Of a stretch of 64,000 nt of DNA, positions 1 to 8,322 are shown in pieces. Within the stretch, counting starts at the first letter, position 1. Every line of letters starts with the position of its first letter. A model generated the notes under the pieces. The model did no database searches. It had not been told where the DNA came from and saw only the letters and a list, made by a program, of their open reading frames with translations. Made by a program: the position numbers and the translations under genes. Origin of the DNA: a virus (lineage: Duplodnaviria > Caudoviricetes); the IMG/VR virus record IMGVR_UViG_2861229971_000004. One strand, given 5' to 3'.

Positions 1-195
1 CGTCTGTTCGGCGGCGGCGATGGAATACGTATCGATTCCTATCCGACCGCATCTCTTGCTGCGGCGGGTGGCATGGCCGTTCCGGGAGAACTCGACCACA
101 TCAAGGCCGAATTCATTCGACAGCACCCCGACGCGTTCGCAGCTTTGCAGCATCGTGAACCTAGCGTCCTACTTGAAATCGACGTAAGCGACTGA
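1..195 (+). CDS. 3' end of an unidentified gene (partial, open from window start)
   Basis: Frame 1 is open from base 1 (RLFGGGDGIRIDSYPTAS...LLEIDVSD) to TGA at 193-195, followed by an AT-rich spacer. No recognisable motif. Confidence 0.3.
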   Translation, partial: RLFGGGDGIRIDSYPTASLAAAGGMAVPGELDHIKAEFIRQHPDAFAALQHREPSVLLEIDVSD

Positions 196-284
196 TTCTG
201 TCCTGTTACATATTTTTGAAATATAGGAAGTCGTGTTTCTATGATTTAATAAATTTATTTGGTATTTTTGGAAAAAACATATTA

Positions 285-587
285 TTATTTTATTAATATT
301 GTATTTTTATGCCACATACGTGTTTCGTTGTTGTATTTAATCTCTATGGCGTAGCGGGATTTTATCATACCACCGAAACCGTTCCGCGCGCGAAAATGAC
401 CAACAATTTGATATTTGCATTCGCCCATATCCAATGTGGACGGCGGGTCAAATTCTGCGGATGATGGGTCATTCAACTGCTTCTTAACAAATTTTTCGGC
501 CATGATTTCAGCCATGCCTTCGCCGCCACCGCATTCGCTGCACGCAGTAAGTGCGATTAATGGAATGACTGCAAGAATGTGCTTCAT
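285..587 (-). CDS. Small predicted lipoprotein (100 aa)
   Basis: From the internal ATG at 587: MKHILAVIPLIALTAC has a basic N-terminus, hydrophobic core and LTAC lipobox. Then DPSSAEF...FRARNGFGG. Local sequence is much more AT-rich than the rest of the window. Confidence 0.6.
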   Translation of the reverse strand: MKHILAVIPLIALTACSECGGGEGMAEIMAEKFVKKQLNDPSSAEFDPPSTLDMGECKYQIVGHFRARNGFGGMIKSRYAIEIKYNNETRMWHKNTILIK

Positions 588-782
588 ATTGATTACCCCC
601 GCGTCGCTATAAGTTCCATAAGCCGTCATAGATTGCACAATGCCGTCGTCAAGCGCATTTAACGGTGAAGTCATCGGCAGGGAGTGATTAGCTGATAGGT
701 TAGCAGGTAACTAACCGCCCGGTCGCAAACACTTTGAAAATATGGGATTTTTCAGTTGACAGTGGCGGAGGAAGTGTACCAA

Positions 783-1020
783 ATACCGAACTCTCTCCAC
801 GCGGACTCCATGCAGCAGACCCGCAACAAACTGATGTGGCGCACCAATGCAGGGATCACGACGCGTTTCCTGATCCGCGACGCCGATACTCAATTCTAAG
901 CCAAGTTGGATGATATCTGAAATCGGATTGTGCCCGGGTCATCCAGATCTCGCACAAGGTACCGAACCCCAATTCCCTCTCCAGAATCTTCATCGGCACG
1001 GCGCGCGGGATGAAGAGGAG
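783..1020 (+). pseudogene. Decayed integrase-core (rve, DDE) transposase fragment
   Basis: Manual translation: ...HADSMQQTRNKLMW...TRFLIRDADTQF*(TAA 897-899)AKLDDI, then a frameshift near 918 to KSDCARVIQISHKVPNPNSLSRIFIGTAR. This resembles the rve pattern RFLIRDRDxKF...PN.N...ERF.GT.R. Confidence 0.5.
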
Positions 1021-1090
1021 AAGGACCAGATTTGACCCAGGCGATCAGAGACCAAATCGAGACATCGCCCAAAAGTCCGATCAGGTGAGG

Positions 1091-1115
1091 GGTCACATGT
1101 GACCAACCGTTGACA
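1091..1115 (+). promoter_or_regulatory. Perfect 14-bp palindrome next to a TTGACA hexamer, upstream of the island's + operon
   Basis: GGTCACATGTGACC at 1091-1104 and TTGACA at 1110-1115. No convincing -10 at canonical spacing. Confidence 0.4.
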
Positions 1116-1186
1116 TGCGGCCCCGTCTAGGGTCTTTCATGGACATTGCTGGTCAATGATGGCCATGCTCGCGAGGAGCGAGGAAC

Positions 1187-1408
1187 ATGAAGCTTCTCAC
1201 AGTTCAGGACGTCGCGGACGCGATGAAGGTCTCCGAGAAAACGGTCCGACGACTGATCAAGCGCGGTGATCTTGCCGCCTACAAAGTGGGCGAGCGCGGT
1301 CAACTCCGCGTCAAAGAGTGCGACCTTGAGGGGTACTTGGAGGCGCAGCGAGTGGAGGTCGGATCGACGGGAGAAGCGAATGCGGAAGGGACGGAATCAG
1401 GCGAATGA
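1187..1408 (+). CDS. Excisionase-like HTH DNA-binding protein (HTH_17 type)
   Basis: LLTVQDVADAMKVSEKTVRRLIKRGDLAAYKVG...LRV; GAGGA RBS; stop overlaps the next start (ATGA). Confidence 0.85.
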   Translation: MKLLTVQDVADAMKVSEKTVRRLIKRGDLAAYKVGERGQLRVKECDLEGYLEAQRVEVGSTGEANAEGTESGE

Positions 1409-2964
1409 ACACCACTAGACAACAGGACTTCTCGATTGTCGCCGTCGACAAGTTCATCCAGGCGACCCGCGACTCGGGGTACAAGGGAACGTCGAATGCT
1501 GTCGCAGAACTTGTCGACAACTCGCTGCAGGCGGGCGCGACCTCAATCACGGTGTCCCTCACGGTGGATGAGGAAGAGGACGGGCGCTCGATCGTCCTAA
1601 CCGTTATCGACAACGGATCTGGCATGGACGCCCAGACCTTGCGGACTGCGCTTCGGTTCGGCGGTAGCACTCGCTTCAACGATCGTGACGGCCTTGGGCG
1701 TTACGGCATGGGTCTGCCGAACAGTTCGTTGAGCCAGGCTAAGCGGGTCACGGTGCATAGTTGGAACTCGAAGCGCGGTCAGGTACTCACTTCCTATCTC
1801 GATCTCGAGATGATTGCGGCCGGGAAACTGACCGAGGTGCCGCAGCCACGTTGGGTCAAACGACCAGAGTTCGTAAATGGATATGAGTCTGGCACCGCCG
1901 TAACTTGGTCGCGCTGCGACCGGCTCGATCACAAGCGCATTTCTACGATCACACGGAAACTCTTGGGGGCTCTGGGGCGGCAGTTCCGACACTTCTTGTG
2001 GAACGGCGTGTCCATCAAGGTGAACGGCGACGCTGTACAGCCCATCGACCCGCTCTTCCTCCACCCTGCCGCGCTGTACAGTGGCGCAACTCAGTTCGCA
2101 GAGGACATGGTCTACGAGGTTGCAGCGAACCCCGACGACCCCAGCATCACCGGTATCGTGAAGGTACGCTTTTCGGAACTGCCTGTCGACGATTGGTCGA
2201 AGTTGAGTAACGAGGAGAAGAGAGCCCGCGGGATCGCTAAGGGTGCGGGCGTATCAATCGTACGTGCGGGGCGCGAGGTGGATTACGGCTGGTTCTTCCT
2301 CGGAGGAAAGCGCCGCGAGAACTACGACGACTGGTGGCGCTGCGAGATCAGGTTCGACCCAATCCTAGACGAGGCGTTTGGCATCACCCACACGAAGCAG
2401 CAAATCCGGCCACGCCTCCACCTCATCGAGGCACTGAGCGCAGATTTGGAGGTGATGGCTCGCGCACTCAATAGCCGCGCGAGAAAGGCACACCTAAATG
2501 CGAAGGTCGCGGAGCGATTCACTAGGTCTGAATACCGCGCAAGCGAGAAGGACGAGATGCTGGCGCCGCTGCCACCGAAGCCGCGGCTCCGCGACAAGAG
2601 GGTCCTCGACGCACTGGGCAAGAAACTGACGTCAACCGAGAGCGCACGCGACAATTGTGGTGGCTCGACTGAATACCGAATCGTCCCTACCGCACTAAAC
2701 GAGACCGCCTTCTTCAACTATGCGCGCGACCAAGGTCGGCTGATCCTCGTGCTAAACCCGGAACACCCATTCTATAAGCTTGTTTACAAGCCTCTGCTTG
2801 AATCGGACAGTCCAAGTGACGAGATCGTGCGATCGCAGATCGACTTACTGCTGCTCGCGGCGGCGCGTGCCGAGGCGCTGCTCGAGAACAAAGAGAGTCT
2901 CAAAGTCGCCGAGCAGTTGCGGGCCGATTGGAGTGACACGCTAGCTACTTTCCTGAACGGTTAG
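1405..2964 (+). CDS. GHKL (MORC/Hsp90/MutL-like) ATPase
   Basis: Bergerat-fold motifs AVAELVDNS, IDNGSGM, GRYGMGL, GTAV at the N-terminus; helical C-terminus. Confidence 0.85.
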   Translation: MNTTRQQDFSIVAVDKFIQATRDSGYKGTSNAVAELVDNSLQAGATSITVSLTVDEEEDGRSIVLTVIDNGSGMDAQTLRTALRFGGSTRFNDRDGLGRYGMGLPNSSLSQAKRVTVHSWNSKRGQVLTSYLDLEMIAAGKLTEVPQPRWVKRPEFVNGYESGTAVTWSRCDRLDHKRISTITRKLLGALGRQFRHFLWNGVSIKVNGDAVQPIDPLFLHPAALYSGATQFAEDMVYEVAANPDDPSITGIVKVRFSELPVDDWSKLSNEEKRARGIAKGAGVSIVRAGREVDYGWFFLGGKRRENYDDWWRCEIRFDPILDEAFGITHTKQQIRPRLHLIEALSADLEVMARALNSRARKAHLNAKVAERFTRSEYRASEKDEMLAPLPPKPRLRDKRVLDALGKKLTSTESARDNCGGSTEYRIVPTALNETAFFNYARDQGRLILVLNPEHPFYKLVYKPLLESDSPSDEIVRSQIDLLLLAAARAEALLENKESLKVAEQLRADWSDTLATFLNG

Positions 2965-2967
2965 AGG

Positions 2968-5019
2968 ATGAGCCGCCAAGCACAAAACAACTGGGTCGTG
3001 CTCTCACCACCACTCCCAGAACGCAGCCCCGCAAAGCAGGCCTTCCGCGCCCATGCGGCAAGTTTGTCAAAACTGCTGAGCGAGGAATGCGACGGCGAGA
3101 ACTTCGATGAGGCTCTCAAGCGCTTACTGCGCGTCCACACCGCAGACGAGCACGATGCCGCCTTACGCGCTGCGTTGTGCGTCTTGACCGACCTGGCTCG
3201 GCAGCGCTGGTCCATCCGGGTCAACGAGGAACGCGGCGTCGAGGTGAAGCGCCCCGCAGAAAATCAACTCGACCCTTTGCGCGAGAAGGCGCGCATCCGA
3301 GCCCAGGAACTCATCAAGCGCGATGAGCAACTTCGAGAACCCGCGGCGAGGCGGTTCATTAAGGGGATGGAGCAGAAGTCCTTCCACAATGGGAATTTAG
3401 TGTCGATTTACTCGGTCATTCGGGACGGGCGAGAACTCGCGGAGTCGCTCCGCGCCGCGCGCGCACTAAAAGGCGAAGATCGCGTTCGCGCGTTGAGGGA
3501 GGTGATCAATCCCTACCTCCAATTCGTCGACGGGGCCGAGTACTGCGAGCACACCGGGCTCCGTCTGCAAGACATCTGGCGATACTTCCGCCACACATGG
3601 ACGAACCAGTACACGGCCACACCTGGGCGCTCAATGGCCTTCCTAATCCGAGACCGCGCGCGGGAGTACCACCCAGTCATAGGGATCGGGTCTCTCGGGA
3701 GCCCAATTGTGCAAATCCGCGAGCGCGATGCCTGGATAGGCTGGCAACCAGAGGCGTTCTTAGAGTTCGCTAGCGAGTCGCCGTCCGCAGAACTCGGGAT
3801 TTGGCTCCACAAAACGGTGGAAACAGCTATTGGCGAGATCTACCTCGACGACTTTTTTGAGGAAGAACTGCTGTCTCCGCTCGACCTCCGCACTCCGACG
3901 CCGGAGGTCCTTCGGGATCTGTCCGCTTTCGGGGAGAACCAGCGGGAACTCCACCATCGACTTGCCAGTTCGAAGGATCTGAAGCGCTCAACAAAGCGCG
4001 ACGATACGGGCAGCACTGATGCGCACTGGAAGGCGCGTGCACGGACACACCTCTACCGCAGCAAACGAGCGCTCTCACTGGTGGACATGCTCCGATCGCG
4101 CATGGTTCTTCAGCAGCACCTGTCGTCGCCGCCAACTAGCGAAGAAGTGCGCGCGCTGCTCAACACGAGCGATGGGCGCAGGATAGTGAAGAACATCCTG
4201 CGGAAAGCCAAGGCCGACCGCGTCGGTATCGCGATGGCGGACATAACGGTTTGCGGCTCGGTAGCCCCATATAACCTGATCCTCGGGGGGAAACTCGTCT
4301 CGATGCTCGCAGCCAGCCCGGAGGTCGTGACCGCCTACCGCAACAAGTATCTAGCGCAAGAGAGCGAAATCGCTTCCTCGATGGCGGGACGGCCGATTAT
4401 CCGGCGATCAGAACTCGTGTTCCTAGGGACGACTTCGCTCTACGGGATCGGATCCAGCCAATACAACAGGTTGCGGATGCCGGCCGAGCGCATCGGTGGC
4501 AAGAAAGGCGAGAAACTCGCGTTTCTTGAACTTGGTAAGTCAGACGCCTATGGGACTTCGCAATTTAGTTCGGACACGGTCAGAGCCCTCGTCTCTCTGG
4601 TCCAGCAGTCAAGTAACGGCCAACGTGTCAACAGCATTTTCGGCGAGGGCGTGAGCCCAAAACTCCGGAAGATCCGAGATGGGCTCGACGCGCTCAAACT
4701 TCCGACCGACGTGCTCCTCCAGCACGGACGGCAGCGCATCGTGTATGGCGTTCCAGTCGTAAGAAACCTTCGCGAGTTCCTCCTCGGAATGGATAATGAG
4801 CCTGAGTACTGCTTCGACTTGAACGAACCAGAACGCAGCACTGGGGAGATTGGCCGCTGGTGGACAGAGCGTTGGTTGAGAAATCGCATCGAATCCGACG
4901 ACGTCTTGGCGAGGATAGAACAACATACTCTAGTCCGACCTATCCGCCACGGGGCGCGGGTCGTGCTCCCTAATATCGACGACGGTCAGGCGACCCTTTT
5001 TGAAGAGTTCACATACTAG
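2968..5019 (+). CDS. druA: Druantia DruA-like protein (DUF4338-type)
   Basis: Recognised segments IGIGSLGSPIVQIRERDAWIGW, ADITVCGSVAPYNLILGGKLV, LGTTSLYG and FGEGVSPKLR. A DruE-like helicase lies in the same island. Confidence 0.7.
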   Translation: MSRQAQNNWVVLSPPLPERSPAKQAFRAHAASLSKLLSEECDGENFDEALKRLLRVHTADEHDAALRAALCVLTDLARQRWSIRVNEERGVEVKRPAENQLDPLREKARIRAQELIKRDEQLREPAARRFIKGMEQKSFHNGNLVSIYSVIRDGRELAESLRAARALKGEDRVRALREVINPYLQFVDGAEYCEHTGLRLQDIWRYFRHTWTNQYTATPGRSMAFLIRDRAREYHPVIGIGSLGSPIVQIRERDAWIGWQPEAFLEFASESPSAELGIWLHKTVETAIGEIYLDDFFEEELLSPLDLRTPTPEVLRDLSAFGENQRELHHRLASSKDLKRSTKRDDTGSTDAHWKARARTHLYRSKRALSLVDMLRSRMVLQQHLSSPPTSEEVRALLNTSDGRRIVKNILRKAKADRVGIAMADITVCGSVAPYNLILGGKLVSMLAASPEVVTAYRNKYLAQESEIASSMAGRPIIRRSELVFLGTTSLYGIGSSQYNRLRMPAERIGGKKGEKLAFLELGKSDAYGTSQFSSDTVRALVSLVQQSSNGQRVNSIFGEGVSPKLRKIRDGLDALKLPTDVLLQHGRQRIVYGVPVVRNLREFLLGMDNEPEYCFDLNEPERSTGEIGRWWTERWLRNRIESDDVLARIEQHTLVRPIRHGARVVLPNIDDGQATLFEEFTY

Positions 5020-5310
5020 CGCTGAGCAACTATGGCCCACGAGGTCCCACAACCAAGCTTTAAGCATTACAGTGCCTTGCGTGCTGCGCCGCTATCGCGT
5101 TCCAGAAAAGCATTGTCGGCTGTTCGACCGCCTATGAAAGCCAGTTCGCCGCCGGAGAGGACGAGATGCTCTTAAAGATTGCGAACGAGGGCAACTGGCG
5201 CGCGAGCGAGCGCGTCTCCAGCCACGCTGCATCTGCGTCGTGCGACGAATGCCCGAAATTGCTCCGTGCTCACTGCGCTGTTCGGAAAAACCTATCGCGC
5301 GGCGGGCCCA

Positions 5311-8300
5311 ATGCTTGAGACGCACAACAGACTCGACGAGAGGTACCGCACGCTCCGGGATTCAAGAACGGGGCCGGTCTTCTTTCTCGAGCACGGGTTA
5401 AGTGAAGACGAGGTCACTGACGTCTTCGCGAACGTTAGCCATGTCTTAAGCACGCACCCGATTGAAAGCGGATGGTGGCGCACCAACTGCCTCCCACTGC
5501 TCGTCGCGGCCACAGAGGTCGGGTACCGCTATAGAGGGTCAGGGACTGACTTTTGGCCGGTATTTGAGGCCAAACTCGGCCTGCGTATCAGTGCGCCTGA
5601 TCGACATCACATTCGCGATCTCTTCGCCAGCGCTGCAAAGACCTACCGAGGTGCGCAGCCGCCAGCTACCCCGTGGGCCGACGCCTTCCGCTTCATCGCC
5701 TGGCCAATCACTCACGCGCTTGTGCCTCTTGAGTTCCATCGTCCGCTCGCGCTCACGCTTGCGAACCTGCGCGTGAACGTCGGCGAACTCGATGACGATG
5801 GTCTGCACCGCGCAATCCGAATTGTTGCTTCCAACTCTTCGGCGCGGTTCGCGACTTTGCTCGAGGACGCAACTCTGGTGGTAGCCGTGACGAGAAGGTT
5901 GTTGGGTGACGACAGTGCCGAACTCTGTCCCCAGACGATGGAGCGTATCGCAACTGACCTCGCCTCCGACCAAATCGCTCGGCGCGCAGTTGCGGTCGCT
6001 CGCCGGAGACAACGCACTGTCGCGCAGCGAAAGACACCTGCCGCATCATCGTGGCTGCAACTTCCATCGATCGCAGGTTCGCTCACAATCCGACGCCAAG
6101 ACAGTTCAATGACGCTCCAGGCCGCCTTTCCACAAGTGGAAGCGGACCTGCAAGGGAAACTCCGTCGAGCGCTGCGCCGTCGCCGATACGCCGCACGTCT
6201 GTGGGGCGTATCAGGGCCGGTTCCCAGTGAACAGTTGCTCTCCGGGCTCCCCTTCACGCTCAAGTTAACGTCAGTCCCGTCAGAGGTTGCGGAACTCTTT
6301 CCAGACCTCGGCCAGGTAGAAATCGACCAGGAACTTCGCGACGTACTTGCCACCTTCGAACTGAACATCGCGTGCCCCTTGCTATTCGCCGTTGACTCCG
6401 ATGAAGAAATTGGACGTCGGGTTCACGGTCCGAGTATCTCTGGCCACCGCAAGTATTGGCTCCTCTCCCCGTCAGGCGAGGGCCCTTCGGGTTTCGCAGC
6501 CCTGAGGGACGTTGGGCCGTACGACTGCTATCTGCTAGACCCCGCGGAAGAGATCGCACGGAAGGTTCTGCGCGAACTTGGATTTCATGTGCACTTCGGC
6601 ATCTCAGTTGAATTTGCAGGCAGACCTCCGCTTGAACGCGATGCGCCGGTTCCGGTCTTCGTGGTCGGCGACCAACGGACTGTGGTGCCTCGACGTGTTC
6701 CGCCAGAGGGCTTGAGTGTCCAGTTGGACGACGAACAGGTCCATCTTTCGAGCGACGACGTCGTGACCGTTAGAGTTGAGCGAGGTGACCATACGCTGCG
6801 GGTGTCGAACGGTAGTGAGGACCGCGATTACACGTTCCGCGGGACGCTAGCGCCTCGATCTGTGCCGCCCACGATCTGCTCAATAGAACCGCGTTTCGGT
6901 GACCTGACAGTCCAGGCGTTCTTGCGCGGCGCGCTCGAATTCGCCGTCGAGAGTTTTGCCCCGCTCGACGGCCTGGAACTTACAGTTGAGATCGATGCCA
7001 GCGGTCGAAGGCTCTTTGCCACCGCCCCGCTCGGCCCTCTCCCCTGCTCGGTTTCCTCGGAGCAGGAGCCCTTCGCGACGCTACTTGATGACGAGACTCG
7101 TGGGCTACTGGCGCGGTCTCCCTCGCTCAAACTGCGGCTCAGCGTGGGGAACCTATGCTCACACTATATGATGTTGGAGCAGCGCGTGCGGCCCTGTTGG
7201 TGGCAGCGAACTGACGACGGTACGATTGCCCTCACAAGCGAAGTCGGGATGCTCCCCTTCGGCTGGGTGCTGGCGACCACTCCAGCGGCTCCGCCAGCGC
7301 CGGAACTCGACGACTCGCACGAAGAGGCGCGACTGCTCGCACCGATCGGGCTTGACGTCTCGGAGCACGGCGGGGTCGCCGAGTTCACCACGCTCTGCAT
7401 CGCTCCCTCGCATGCGCGACTAGGGTTACCCGCTATCAAGAAGCCGATCCTCACCAGACGCCGTTACGCTGGAAATGGCGCGCTCGGCCTCGAGGACATG
7501 GTCGAGAGTTACCTAAGATGGTCCCTCGCCGAAAGTACTACGTTCATCGCCGAGATATGGCGCCGGCAGATCGCCGCGGTACTGGACGGATGGCTAACAG
7601 AAATCTGCTGCGGCGAGGAGTGGGTGCGTCGCGAGGCGGCGCTGGGCGATGTGGACCCGTGGGAAGAATTGGCCCGAGACTGCGACGAGACAGGCTTCGG
7701 ACGTGACTCGTATGTCGAACTCTCGCGCGAGGACGAGGTTGAGGTGACACGCATCGCCATCCGAGAGATTCGGTCTGAGTTCCCAGACCTCTGGGCGCGC
7801 GTCGGCCCGCTTTGCGCCCTGAGCCAGGAAGACTATGAGGCGCTCGATCTGGCCTGCGCCCGCGCGTATACAGAACTTGCCGATAAGTACCGAAATAAAG
7901 GTAAGGAGGACTTCGCCACAGGGATTGCAGAGGGCGACCCCGGCGCGGCGCCAGACGACTGGGACTCCGTCCTTAGACGCGTAAAGTCTACGGCAGAACT
8001 TCAGCCGCTCGCCGAAATGCTTCTCCCATCCGACACCGCTCATGGGCTCATGACGCTCGAACCGTCCATGATGACGCTAGACGAACTTACCGAGGAACTC
8101 ACCGCGTGGGCCCGAAGCGCGAGGAGAGCGCTTTCCGGGAGCGTGCCGCCAAGCGACACCCTCAAGGTAATCCTCGCGCTGTGGGCCGAGCCCGAGGCCG
8201 CCGCAAGCCTGGACTGGCGCCGCGCACTTGACGTGCTGCTCGCTGAGCGGTCCGTTGCTCGCGCTGCACGATACTTGGCCCTGCGAAGTCGACGGGCGGC

Positions 8301-8322
8301 CCGAGGAAGTAGCAGCAGATGA
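5311..8322 (+). CDS. Large hypothetical protein (~1003 aa) of the defence island
   Basis: Long ORF with island-type codon usage; likely ATG at 5311; TGA overlaps the start of the SNF2 gene. N-terminal FWPVFEAKLG...IAWPITHA segment; no motif I can name. Confidence 0.7.
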   Translation: MLETHNRLDERYRTLRDSRTGPVFFLEHGLSEDEVTDVFANVSHVLSTHPIESGWWRTNCLPLLVAATEVGYRYRGSGTDFWPVFEAKLGLRISAPDRHHIRDLFASAAKTYRGAQPPATPWADAFRFIAWPITHALVPLEFHRPLALTLANLRVNVGELDDDGLHRAIRIVASNSSARFATLLEDATLVVAVTRRLLGDDSAELCPQTMERIATDLASDQIARRAVAVARRRQRTVAQRKTPAASSWLQLPSIAGSLTIRRQDSSMTLQAAFPQVEADLQGKLRRALRRRRYAARLWGVSGPVPSEQLLSGLPFTLKLTSVPSEVAELFPDLGQVEIDQELRDVLATFELNIACPLLFAVDSDEEIGRRVHGPSISGHRKYWLLSPSGEGPSGFAALRDVGPYDCYLLDPAEEIARKVLRELGFHVHFGISVEFAGRPPLERDAPVPVFVVGDQRTVVPRRVPPEGLSVQLDDEQVHLSSDDVVTVRVERGDHTLRVSNGSEDRDYTFRGTLAPRSVPPTICSIEPRFGDLTVQAFLRGALEFAVESFAPLDGLELTVEIDASGRRLFATAPLGPLPCSVSSEQEPFATLLDDETRGLLARSPSLKLRLSVGNLCSHYMMLEQRVRPCWWQRTDDGTIALTSEVGMLPFGWVLATTPAAPPAPELDDSHEEARLLAPIGLDVSEHGGVAEFTTLCIAPSHARLGLPAIKKPILTRRRYAGNGALGLEDMVESYLRWSLAESTTFIAEIWRRQIAAVLDGWLTEICCGEEWVRREAALGDVDPWEELARDCDETGFGRDSYVELSREDEVEVTRIAIREIRSEFPDLWARVGPLCALSQEDYEALDLACARAYTELADKYRNKGKEDFATGIAEGDPGAAPDDWDSVLRRVKSTAELQPLAEMLLPSDTAHGLMTLEPSMMTLDELTEELTAWARSARRALSGSVPPSDTLKVILALWAEPEAAASLDWRRALDVLLAERSVARAARYLALRSRRAARGSSSR

